A DNA stretch of 64,000 nucleotides from Adineta vaga (taxonomy: Eukaryota; Animalia; Rotifera): assembly GCA_021613535.1 (NCBI GenBank), contig CP075496.1, forward strand, positions 14,074,001-14,138,000. Reading direction: 5' to 3'. Numbering within the stretch: position 1 is the first letter of the stretch; each line of letters starts with the position of its first letter. Both the position numbers and the translations under genes were made by a program. This document shows positions 50,011 through 64,000 of the stretch, in pieces. The notes beneath the pieces were generated by a model that had not been told where the DNA came from, did no database searches, and worked only from the letters and a program-made list of their open reading frames with translations.

Positions 50011-51015
50011 TCAATGTCCATTATTGATTATAGTTAAATTATGAACTCGATTATTTGTTAAATATCCACATAAAACAATTGTTTTAACTTGTCGACGAAA
50101 ATTCGGTATTAAACAAAAAAATATATAAAAACTTGTAACAGGATTAACATAAAATAAGATGATTGTTATTATTCGAAATAAAAGATTAAATGATGTTGGA
50201 ATAAGATTTTTATCAAGAAATTTCGAAAAATAAATATGTTGAATACAATATGGTATATAAGAAAATATAATTACAAGACATTGAAATAAAACCATTTCAG
50301 ATAAATGATTATCAACAAATTTATTTCCATTTTGTTCAGTTCGTCGAAATCTTCGTAATTGTTTATATATTAACGAACCAAATATCGAAAGAAAACAAAT
50401 TGGAAATATTCCATAGAGAAATACAATTACAAAATATAAATAATAATTCGCATAAATTGAAGATATTATTATACAATCATGTGTAATTGATTGATCATAG
50501 AATATTGCAATTGGAATACTATGTAAATTTGATAAAATTATAATTATTAATATAATAATCTTTGTTGATTGTCGTGATGCACTTAATTGTCTTAAATGAA
50601 CTGATCTTGATGTTATTAAATATCGATCAAATGTTGCTAAACATGTACAAATTAATGAAATAATTAAAGATGTTTGTAAAACATAATATCGTAGTTTACA
50701 AAGTATAATTACATTGGAATCAGTTACTAAATATTGATAACCATCAACAAGAATACGAATTATAAGAGGATAAAGTATAAGAATAAAATTTGCAATAGAT
50801 GTTGTTAATAAATATAATGAACTATTATTTCCATTATAATCATTTAGTCTTCTTGGAGAGAAAAAAGACCATTTGGTAAAGACACAAATATTTAAAATAC
50901 ATCCAATAAAACCAAATAAATACATAATTATACCAATTACAATCATCAATTGATGAGAAATATCATCGAATTCACTCATAGGTTTTGTTCTTGAGAAATA
51001 GCAAGGCTTTTTCAA
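50011..51015 (-). CDS. Intronless rhodopsin-like orphan GPCR, paralog of 47410-48435 (ATG probably at 50980)
   Basis: CKLRYY, ATFDRY, NPVTSFYIF; clear similarity to the neighbouring receptor. Confidence 0.85.
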   Translation of the reverse strand: MKKPCYFSRTKPMSEFDDISHQLMIVIGIIMYLFGFIGCILNICVFTKWSFFSPRRLNDYNGNNSSLYLLTTSIANFILILYPLIIRILVDGYQYLVTDSNVIILCKLRYYVLQTSLIISLICTCLATFDRYLITSRSVHLRQLSASRQSTKIIILIIIILSNLHSIPIAIFYDQSITHDCIIISSIYANYYLYFVIVFLYGIFPICFLSIFGSLIYKQLRRFRRTEQNGNKFVDNHLSEMVLFQCLVIIFSYIPYCIQHIYFSKFLDKNLIPTSFNLLFRIITIILFYVNPVTSFYIFFCLIPNFRRQVKTIVLCGYLTNNRVHNLTIINNGH

Positions 51016-51555
51016 GAAAGTTCACAATTTGTAATAAAAGAAAAAGAAGATTATATTCCTTCTTTTTCAAAATAATATAATAGCGAATCTTTAGAAAGAT
51101 ATAATCAAGATCTTTTTTTGTTCATGTCACTTCTAATAAATATTCTTTGTAAGTTTTCTTCTGAAGAGAAGAATACAACTGATTCATTTTCAATAGTATA
51201 ATCAAGCATAAATATCAATTAACTGTAATCTTCTTTTCAACGGTATGTATCATCATATAAGATAACAATTGAAAATGGAAATGAATACAAGGCATCTAAA
51301 ACATGATTAGCAAAGTTTATTTTCTTTCTTAATTAAGTATTCAACAATGTATGAATAACTTAATAAGCTATCTTGTTTACAATGAAAAGATAAAAGTATT
51401 TGAAGAAAAATAAGTCATGCAAATAGAAACTTATTTATTTTAAGAACACCATAGAGTAAAAAGACTAAATTCTGTAAAAGAAGATTCCATTGAAACAACA
51501 CACAATGAAAAAAAGAATTCAATCAATATCACAAATAAAATCGAATTTCCTTATT

Positions 51556-52931
51556 CTATGAATTGGTCGTCCACATTGGTCCATTTGGAAATGAATATTG
51601 TTTTCGACTTTCATCTTTCATTTGTGTACTATAACCTGCTTTATTTGGTGCAACATATCTTCCATTATGAATTCGACATGGATCTTCGAAGTGTTCATGT
51701 AAATGATCAACAAATTCCGTTATACGATTTTCCCATGTACCAGAAACAACAATAAAATCAATCATTGATAAATGTTGAACTAATTCACAAAGACCAACAC
51801 CACCAGCATGTGGGCAAACGGGAACATTGAATTTTGCAGCTAATAAAAGAACAGCTAAAACTTCATTAACACCACCTAAACGACATGAATCAATTTGACA
51901 AAATTGTAAAGCATTTGCTTGTAACATTTGTTTAAATAACGTTCGATTCATTCCATGTTCACCAGTTGCAACACCGATATTATATTGTCGAAGTGCTTGA
52001 GAGATCTTTGCATGGCCAAGAATATCATCCGGTGATGTCGGTTCTTCAATCCAATAAGGTTGAAATTCGACTAGATGTTTCATCCATTCAATAGCTTGAT
52101 CAACATCCCAAACTTGATTGGCATCAACCATCACACGTCGATCATAACCAATTTCTTCACGAATAATTTTAATACGTCGAATATCATCGTCTAAATCACG
52201 ACCAACTTTGATTTTTAAATGTGTAAAGCCTTCAGTTAATGCTTCACGACATAAACGACGAATTTTATCATCAGAATAACCAAGCCAACCAGCTGATGTT
52301 GTATATGCTGGATAACCTCGTTCTTCAAGTTGTTTTATACGTTCTGCTTTTGTTGATTCAAGTTTTTTTAACATTTCCAAAGCTTCTTCAGGTCGAAGTG
52401 CATCTGTCATGTAACGAAAATCAATACATTTTATGAATTCTTCGGGTGTAAAATCCGATATTAATCTCCACAAAGGTTTGCCTTCCCGTTTTGCATATAA
52501 ATCCCAAAAAGCATTGACAATTGCACCTAATGCTAAATGTATTGCACCTTTTTCTGGTCCAATCCAACGAAGTTGAGAATCACTTGTTAAATGACGCCAA
52601 AATGCACCTGGATTCGAAATAAATTCTTCGAGTGTTCGACCGACAATTAAATGAGTGTGAGCTTTAATTGCTGTACAAATGATTTCTGTTCCACGACCAA
52701 TTGTAAATGAATGACCATGACCTTCAAGTGATGGATTATCTGTATGAAGAATCAAGTACGCTGATGAATAATCTCTGAAAGAAAAAGAAAATATCAATCA
52801 TTTGAGAAAGCGACTGAAAATATTTACGGATCAGGTGACATAGCATCACTTCCATCAAGTTGTTTTGATGTTGGAAAACGAACATCATCAATTGTGACTT
52901 CAGTGATTGTTGTTACTTTTGATGAAGACAT
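51556..52931 (-). CDS. fucD: L-fuconate dehydratase (FucD/ENOSF1 family, enolase superfamily); intron 52775-52827
   Basis: RFPTS...GSDAMSPDPDYS, QLRWIGPEKG, AYTTSAGWLGY, KIKVG, DANQ, WIEEP, ATGEH, CPHAGGVGLCE. Confidence 0.92.
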
Positions 52932-53371
52932 GATTAAACCCCTTTTGAATTGAAGTAACCACCTCAAATAACGAAGATATTATATTTAAGTAGATAAGAA
53001 AAGAAAGGACACCATCAATTCTATCTTATCAATAATTTATATAGGTATGTACTTGAATTAAAAAGACTTCTGCGTGACCTTATGTTCTTTTTTTCTCTTT
53101 CTCTTCATTATTTCAAGTTACTTGATAAAGATATCTTCTTCTTCAATGAATAGTTATCATCTTTTATTTTAAGAAGACAAACATAAGAAAATTTTAGGTA
53201 GATCCCTTGTTATTATAAATCGTATTTCATCGGAGAGAAATAGAAGGCGCCACACGAGTAAAACAACGAATTTATTATTGGTTCTATCGTACATATAAAG
53301 ATAAGAAAAAGAAAACAAATGAAAACTGAGAAGTACAGTGTTTTTCTTTTATACAAAAAAAAGCGAATTCA

Positions 53372-54228
53372 ATGTCTATTCCAGGCAGTGAATTGAATGA
53401 TTGGCGTTTGTTACTATCTGAGAAAGTCGTTTTTATTACGGGTGGTGCTGGTTGGATTGCTCGTCATATAGCTGAAACATGTTATGAACATGGATGTCGT
53501 CTTGTTTTAGCTGATACAAATCTTGATTCAATTCTTCGTGTAAAAAATGAAATATTTCCATCAGAAAATACGAATAATCGAATTCTTTCCGTTGAACTTG
53601 ATGTTCAAAATGAAGCATCGATTGAAAAAGCTATTCAACAAACATTAAATCAATGGAATACAATCGATATTCTTATCAATACGTTCGTTAATTCAATGAA
53701 ATACATCATTCAATCTATCATTTATCTTTTAGAGCAGCCATATTTACACTTGGTTTTGTCGAAGATCTTTCTTCGGATGATTGGTCGAAGATAATGAATG
53801 TTAATGTTCGTGGTTATGCATTAATGATCAAACACATTGCACCAATTCTTAAGAAACAACGTAGTGGTTCAATTGTGAATATTTCGAGTTGTGCAGGTCT
53901 TGTTGCTCATTCAAATTTTCTACCGTATTCAACAACAAAAGGTGCAATTATTCAAATGACACGAAATCTTTCACTTGATCTAGGTCCATTTAATATTCGA
54001 GTGAATTCAATTAGTCCAGGTGCAATTGATTCACCTCAATTGTATCAAACAGCTGCTGAAGGTGGAATAACCAAAGAAGAATTTGATAAAGAACATGCAG
54101 GAAAATGTATCAAACGTTTAGGTTATCCACAAGAAATTGCAAATATGATTGTTTTTCTCGTATCTGATTTATCTTCTTTTATTACAGGAACAAATATTGT
54201 TATCGATGGAGGATATACGACTGTGTAA
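53372..54228 (+). CDS. Short-chain dehydrogenase/reductase (SDR-3), divergent from fucD; intron 53683-53732
   Basis: TGGAGWIA, YSTTK, IRVNSISPG, DGGY; same intron position as SDR-1 and SDR-2. Confidence 0.9.
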
Positions 54229-54564
54229 CTCTAATGGGGAAAAAAAACATGTTGTTTTTGTGACTCAATTGGGTTAATAAAGATTTGTTCGATTGTCACG
54301 AATTGTAAATGAACATTTAGGAAATTGATTTAACAAGATAGAAGAAGAAGAAGTCATATTTGTTTTTTTTTCATTCATTCATTCATTTTTTTTCTATACA
54401 AAAATTCTCATAAGAAATCGTTAAATCATATCAATTGATGATTATTTTTATCAAAAATATGATATCGTTCAGTTCATCTAACACGTTCAAAGTTTATATA
54501 TATATATATATAAAAATGGAAAAGATACGAATGACTCTTTTTTTGTTGTTATTTTTTCATATAA

Positions 54565-57001
54565 CTAATGATTTCCATTAGGATTTTGATTGAAAGTTTT
54601 CAATTCATGTTGCATGGAATTCGGTAATGGTGGTGTTGTAACAACAGGATTTGTAAAGATAAGTTTTGTTCGAGCTTTCTTTGATTGCTGAAGTTGATTT
54701 ATTGAACGTTTTCTCTGTTGTTCTTCACGTTCATGAGGATCAGTTATAGAAAAATGATAATGAAATGATGTTCGACGTTGATTAGGAGGTGGACAATTTC
54801 GACGTTCAGTAAGAGAACGTGAACCGATAACGAATTTATATTTCGACATGGAAAATGTAAAAAGATTTTCACGACGATGACGTCGACGTGGTAAAGAATT
54901 CGATGTTCTTGTTGATTTTCTATAGGTTAATCGAGGTTGTTGATGAACATTATTTGTACAAGCTAATGTTGGTGACAATGGATGAGGAGGATTATTATTC
55001 AAACCATTCGAACGAAAATTTCGATACGATGTTGTTGGTGTTGGAATTGTCCAACGACATAATGTTCGTTTAAAACCATTTCGATAACGTTTTGACATAA
55101 TATTATAAAGGACGGGATTAACAGTCGCTGATAGATAATACAGAATACCTAAAAGAAGAAACAAAAAATTCGAATTTTACAAAACTGATTCTTTCATTTG
55201 ATAGATTTATATGTGACATATTATGAATAATTAAGAAATCAATGAGACATGAAATATTAAATATCAAAAGAGAAATGTGAGAATAGTTCTTTTTTTTTCT
55301 TCCTCAAGATATAAAATGTTCGGATCGTTTCCATAAATAGTAATGAAATATTAGATTAGTTCCTAATGAATGATGAATGTTCTTACCTGAGGCGAAGAAA
55401 AGAATTTCTTGAAATCGAGTTACTGCTTCCGATGTTATATTCTTATTTGCTTTATCCAATAAACGCGTTACAAACGCAGTAATACGTTGAGTATGAAATG
55501 GTGCCCAACAAATAAAAAATGCAATGACAACAGCAACTAATCATTTGAGAAAAGAAAATATTTGATCTACTCAAAGAATTAATTCTTACCAAGCATTTTA
55601 AGAACTGCTCGTCTTGAATTTCTTGTTGGTATTGATTTAATCATTGAAACATTATTTTGTCGTGGGCAAAGATGATGTTCACCATTTTTATTCAAAAGAA
55701 TTTGTTCAGTTTTTACACCATTCGATTTATTTCGATGATCATTCGGTGAACGACGACTTGCTTTATATAATGTTATACCCATTAAGATATAAAGAACGGT
55801 TATAACAAAAATTGGAATGACAAAAACAAGAAATGTTGTTACTGCCATATAATATAACATTGGTTCCCAATAATCTGGTCTTATAGCACAAATTCGACTG
55901 TCAAGAATCTGAACTGTTTGATTTTGAATTTCTCCAGTTACACTAACGAATACTCCAGCAGTAAATGTATATGGGACAGCAAGAAGGAATGATAGAAACC
56001 AAACGATCATAATCATTTTTAATGCACGACTAAGACCGCCAAGTACTTTTTGAGAAATAATAGGAAAACAAATAGCTAAATAACGTTCAACTGTAAAGCA
56101 TAAAACAGTTAAGATCGATGCTGAAGTAACAATTTCAAGTACAACGGTACGAAATACACAAAATGCTTCACCGAATATCCTAGAAAATAGAATTGATTTC
56201 ATCATTTATATTTCATGAAAATCCTAATTTACCATGGCCATGATTCATAAATATTATACATTTCTACAGACAGACCTAGAAATAAAACAAAAGAAAAGCT
56301 TTTTAAGATAAGTGATTCTTTGTTTTTTTTTTGAAAGAAAGCATTATTCAGAACTTTTCATATTTAATTAATTGACTAGATTTTCTTATAGACTTCAGTG
56401 AAAAACACATATCTTTCTTCATCTGATGACGTCAGTTATGCTATGAAATCAAGATAGATGATCGATTTACATAAAAATATCTCGGATGATTAAAGATGGT
56501 AAACTCAGTTTCCTTCTGTTTACTGTTATTAATACTTGATGAAAGATATCAATAACATAATGATCTTATCAATAGATTAATGCGGTCAAAGGTTATCTAC
56601 ACATATTAAAATACGATCACGAGAAGAAAATCTTTAGTTTTGTACATACCAAGACTAATTAGTAATAAATCAGAAACAGCAAGTGAAAATAAGTAAAAAT
56701 TTGTCGGTGTATGCATATCACGACTTTTCCATATAATGAAACATGTACCTAGAGAGAAATGAAAAACAATTGATTCAGTTTTCCCTTGATAGAAAAAAAA
56801 CAAAAAACAAATTCTCTACATACAAAGATTTCCTGTTAAACCAGTTGCGAATATAAATGAATAAAGTGTAATTAAGATTGGAAAAGAGAATTTATCTCGT
56901 CTTCGATGTCCCAAAAAATTAACAACACTTTTAACAAGTTCATCTTCTTCATCGAATGTTAAATTAAGGCCCGTAGGCAAAACATCTAATTTACCAAACA
57001 T
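54565..57001 (-). CDS. Multi-exon neuropeptide GPCR of the neuromedin-U/pyrokinin/CAPA receptor family
   Basis: MHTPTNFYLFSLAVSDLL, WPWIFGEAFC, FTVERYLAICFP, RRAVLKML, AFFICWAPFHTQR and LYYLSATVNPVLYNIMSKRYR across GT-AG-joined exons. Confidence 0.88.
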
Positions 57002-60000
57002 ATGTTGTAAATTATTATCAAGATTCAATTGAATAAGAAATCATCTAAATACAGAGAAAAAAAATAACTTACATGTAAGAATAAAGGTTGTAAAAAAAAC
57101 AACACATCCGGACTAACTTAAACAATATTCTTCCTTTTACATCAGTGAGATTCTTTCTTCTATTTTCTTGTTTCTTTCGTATAAAACTCAAACTAACAAA
57201 TTCTGACGACGACAGTTTGTTAATGTAAATCATAGTATTCACAATTCTCCTTCTCTTTCTTTTTCCCTTATATTATTATATTGTCATGTATAGTTTCTTC
57301 ATTTATCTGATGTCGTCTCGTATTTCTCGATGTTTACAAAAAATTTTGCCAGTGTCACCAAACTAACTAACGATCTCTCGACAAAGCAGACGAACAATTA
57401 CTTTTTCTTCTCAACTCTTTTTCGTTTATTCTCGAGAATCATCAGATGTCGATAATTCAATAAAGAACTAATTCATTTCCTACGATGTAATCAAACGAAT
57501 AGAATGCATATCATTTTACTAAAATACCTGAAGGAATATAATCAATTGAATGACGTAATCGATTTTAAATAAAAATTGACGAATAATTTGTGGAGTGTCG
57601 TTTTTGTTTTAAAGACGTAGTTATCTAAGTATATAAAAAAAAGCCATTAAGATGCACAGCTAATGACTACGATCAATTTGATAAATCACACTCAGAAAGG
57701 AATGTGAATAAACAAGAAAAATCAATAGATTATTATCGAATTTCTATCACCTGTCAGATATGGACGTCAATAGAAGGATACTCCTTGCTTTCATTTACTT
57801 TAGTTATGTTTCAGTTACTCATTTAAATGAATATAATTTGAAAATAAGTATGACTAAAAAACAAGCATGTTATATAGATGAAAAAACATACAAAACAAAG
57901 ACTCAGTTAGACGAAACTGCAAACGTTTTTTTATAATAACGATTCTATTTTCTTCGTCTTTTACGTAGGAGGGAAATTCTAACAATAATAGTAATAATAA
58001 TAATAATAATAACAACAACAGCGAAGTAAGACAGTGTAATTTGATCTTTCCATGCTATCATTTATTCGAACGAAATAAAAGAGAAGTGATCATTACATTT
58101 TGCTTCTTCTTCTTCTTCTTTCAATAACGAACGAAGAAATTGAATCTGAAACATTCATTTATTCTCAATCAATTACGAACACATCTTCGAACGCTTTTGA
58201 GACTTGCTCAAGCAAAAAAAATCAATCCTTTTTTTTTACTTGTTTTTCTGTCTCGTCTCTCTCATTATAATGAACTCGATCTTGAAAACAATTAAATGTC
58301 GACTTATCGATGTCATCTTCTAACGAGACATCGGAGAGTGTGAATCGTTTTCTGCTCAAGTTGTTCTTCACTCAGTCGTTCAATTTTCCGGAATGAGTAT
58401 TGATCACAAATATATACGATGTAGTCCATTCTAAATGAGAGAAGAAAGAATGAAAAAGATCGATAGACCCTAAAGGCTAACAAACAAACTCTTCAAATAA
58501 TCATTAGATACAAAGAAAAGAGAAGAGAAATTTTTGAAGACACTTTTATCATTTGTTTCGTTTTCTCTTCTCGTCTTATTATTATCAAATCAATAGACAA
58601 GAAGAAGTACTCAAGAAAGATCTCGTTTCTTCTTTAAAGCAAGCAAACTCATTCTTTAGAAAATCTAAAATATAAAGAAATAAATACAAATAGAATTTTC
58701 ATTTCAATAGCTTCATTAGATTTTCGATTATCTATTGAGAGAATAGAAATATATATATATATACATATTTGTTCTATTCATTCATTGATCAACATAACAA
58801 GTGACGAATAACTGAACATACCCACAGAGAAATTATTTTGATTCGGTTTGTTTTCTCAAGGACAAATAAAGAAGAAAAAGACATACACAGTGTGTCCTCT
58901 CTTTCATTTATAATATGATCGAATGGATTTGACAAGTGATGTGTATGTGTGGGTAGTCACATTATTTTTTCGAAGAAGAAGAAGAAATACGACATAATTA
59001 TACAAACAATAAGAAAGAATAACCTTGAATATAAATACGCAATGTCTTTTCTTTGTACTATCTGCTGTGTATGTGTATCTGTTTTTTTATTTTTTCCGCA
59101 AATTTTTCTTTTTCTTCGACGCAAAAGATCAAAATTCAGCATGAAATCAATAGCGTAACAGGGAAAAGATTGATTCAATTACAAGTTTTTCTTCTCAAAT
59201 GCCACTTCCTCTTCGAGGTGATAATTGAAATGGTAATTCTCTTTTACTCGATTATCTATGAGATCTTAGATGAGTACACGTCGATTTCAATTAATACATA
59301 TCATGAACAGAGAACAAAATAAATTGATATCATTTCATACAGAAATTATCTGTAATCTATATGCAAATAGAAATAAAAAGGAAAAATAATGTTTCAACGA
59401 GACTATAAATTCACCTTGGTTTAGTTTAGATTTTTTTTCCATCGAGAAATAAGACTAATTCCAATGTCAGATTCAAGGTTTGGAAAATGAAGAAAAATAT
59501 TCTTTTCATTTGACTAATAATACAAAACAAAGTATCTACTAGGAATAGAAGTTATTAGTCTAAGACATCAATCATTCTATTTTGTTCTAATAGCTTATCA
59601 AATAATCAATAATATGCATAACAAACTAAAATACATAAACCTTGACAGAAAAAAAAACAACAGTAGATTCCATGGAATCTGTTATCTATTGACACACTGA
59701 CAACTGTTAATCGCACATATGGATTAGGGATGTGCTGACACTTGTGCCTGTCAACCTCAATATCTAACCAGTAATAAACATACATTACAAAAAAAAAGTT
59801 TACGTATAAAAATAACAAAAGAAGTAAATTATTTCACATGCTAAGATAACATCAAATCTCATTAACTTAACAAAAACATTTTTAAAAAAAGTGATTAATT
59901 TCCTCAGTTCGATATATTATAAACACAAAAACATGTCCTGTTTATGTATATGAAAGGAAAAACAAAATCAAATAAATTCCTACCTTATTATTTATTAATT

Positions 60001-61199
60001 AAAATTATTTTGAGAAATATTTATTAAAGGTTATATCTAAAGTAATTCAAGTAAATATTGATCGTACTTGAGAACAATTCTAATAAAATCCATGACTTTT
60101 TCTTTATTAATAGAAAAAAATGAAAAGGAAAATTGATAGGAGAGCAATGAATGAATAGCTCTTTTGATTAGATGAAAATGGACACATATAGAACACAGCC
60201 GATAAGATTTCTGTCGACCGAGCCGAATAATTAACAGTCAAGATGGCAACACCAACGCATAGAAAACACGCACACTCATATATATATATATATATATACA
60301 TGAAGAGATCGCAAATCAAAATGACAAAGACAAATGACTATATGAATGAAGAAAATTCTTTATTTTTATTCACCGAATAACTTTCTCATCAGTGTTATTA
60401 GAGGGTTTTCTTTTTTGTCAACGTCAGATTTATTTCGATCCTCTAACGTTTGACGTCATCGTTTATGAAAAGAACAAATCATTTTTGAAAATTCTATTTT
60501 AACAAACAATATTCATTGAATAAACTAATTTTTAAGAAAAGAATTCAGTTCATTTAGTGTAATGAAAGTTATTCTGTAAATAGAATTTGAAATCATATTT
60601 TAATATGTCTGAGGAAATGATTATCCTCAATAGCAAAATAATTAGTTTTAAACAATGTTCATTTTCTGTCAATGACATGACGACATTCTTTTATCATTTT
60701 TAATAGAATCAAAATTGATATCAAAGAAATAGACTTTTTAAACTTGTCTGATATTCTAATTGATTAAGAACGTTTGATTTCAAATGTAGAAAAGTTCTTG
60801 TTTAATGATAATGAGATTTTTAATACTTGATGTGAAAGACATCGTGGAATTATCAAGTATTAATCCGTACTAAGTCGCCCCTTTACAAAGGCGACTCATC
60901 TGAGATTTGATAGACAGTTTCACAGGCAATCTTTCGTGAACAAATTTAGCTTATCGGATAAGAATGATTATTATATGAACTTTTTATCTTTTATTTCGTT
61001 TTTCGTTAATGAATGAAAAAAGGTTTTAGAGTTTATTAATCTTGGTATTAAAAATCAAACTAAACTAAAAAGGGATATAATCAGATTAAAATAAACTTAA
61101 TTTTTACTGTAGATCTGCTAGACTAGGGTAGATACACAGTATGGAAACGGAAAATGAAAGACAATGACGTCGACAAATGAAAGTAATAGGAGAAGAGAT

Positions 61200-63335
<2,136 letters not shown>

Positions 63336-63427
63336 GTTTTGTTTATACTTATCTAGAAAAGAACGAGAAACGGATGTTTATTTCATTTTTTAACGCGTTT
63401 TTAAACAAAAAAAAACGACAAGAAATT

Positions 63428-64000
63428 TTAAGTAACACGAAGACTTTGAAGATGTGCTTGAGTTGAATGTAATGCCTGTTCATGTAATTGTTTCTGTTCT
63501 TCTTGTTTAAAAGCAATTTTCGTTGCTTTTTTAATAATTCGTCGATCCTAAATGAAAGGATTTGAATTTTCAAAAAGAAAAATAAATTTTCGTTTTTTTA
63601 CTTTTCGAATTTCTTTCACTGCGTGTTTTCTCGCACGTCGTTCTTCACTTGTTTCTCCTTTTTTTCTTTCAAATATCATTGATTTTGTATTATTATCTTC
63701 TTCATCATCATCATCATCATCTTCTTCGTCTTCTTCTTCTTCTTGATTGGTATTACGTTGTTCTTTTATTGAGATTTTATTATTATCAGCTAATGGTAAA
63801 CCAGTTTTTCTCGATAAACGAATTCTATTTGTTGGGATTTGTGTAATTAGTTTCGGATGATTGTAAAGATTTGAATATGTTGAAAGAATACTTTGACAAT
63901 CCCATTTATCATCAGCTTTTTCATCATCTTGAAGCGTTAGAGTTGTTACTGCTTCCGGTTCATTTAATAATCGTCGTGCTAATCGTTTCGTTTTTTCAAT
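63428..64000 (-). CDS. LTV1: 3' part of LTV1 (40S ribosome biogenesis factor), continuing beyond the window
   Basis: Minus-strand translation gives KWDCQSILSTYSNLYNHPKLI, an acidic tract and KKGETSEERRARKHAVKEIRK. The last exon DRRIIKKATKIAFKQEE...RVT* stops at 63428-63430. Confidence 0.88.

Noticed and set aside
56417-56462. CTGATGA...GAAA resembling a hammerhead ribozyme core
   Set aside because: Stem II cannot pair and stem I is out of register.
57983-60300. (AAT)n, (TA)n and (CTT)n microsatellites
   Set aside because: Short simple repeats, ordinary for AT-rich DNA.
63552-63846. Plus-strand ORFs with poly-Ser and poly-His
   Set aside because: Antisense shadows of the LTV1 acidic (GAA/GAT) tract.

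Overview
AT-rich eukaryotic (animal) genomic DNA with short GT-AG introns, mostly 49-64 bp. The gene families and (TGTGGG)n-type motifs point to a bdelloid rotifer, probably Adineta-like (inference, not proven). Left to right: the end of a non-autonomous DNA transposon and a decayed env/class I fusion-like ORF; two tandem paralogs of a large membrane protein built from three '2-TM + Cys-rich loop' units, with a hAT MITE between them; an LDLa/EGF-ectodomain GPCR; a frameshifted bacterial-type Kelch gene; RING/TRAF, TMEM272-like, ART-LRR and B-box-like genes; an intron-containing Zator/ISAzo13-like transposase gene with no visible TIRs (candidate domestication); a complete MULE transposon (TIRs, 9-bp TSD) inside a pseudogene/MITE island; F-box/LRR; a multi-TM Gig2/PARP-like ADP-ribosyltransferase; three SDRs plus L-fuconate dehydratase (candidate fucose-catabolism cluster); two orphan GPCRs; an NMU/pyrokinin-type receptor; phosphoglucomutase; and the 3' end of LTV1. 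The best leads are the single-chain pseudo-trimeric channel-like protein, the apparently domesticated Zator transposase, the FucD-SDR cluster, operon-like junctions (LTV1>PGM, SDR>SDR), telomere-repeat hairpins and gene-conversion tracts. All calls come from manual motif and splice-site reading; no database searches were run.
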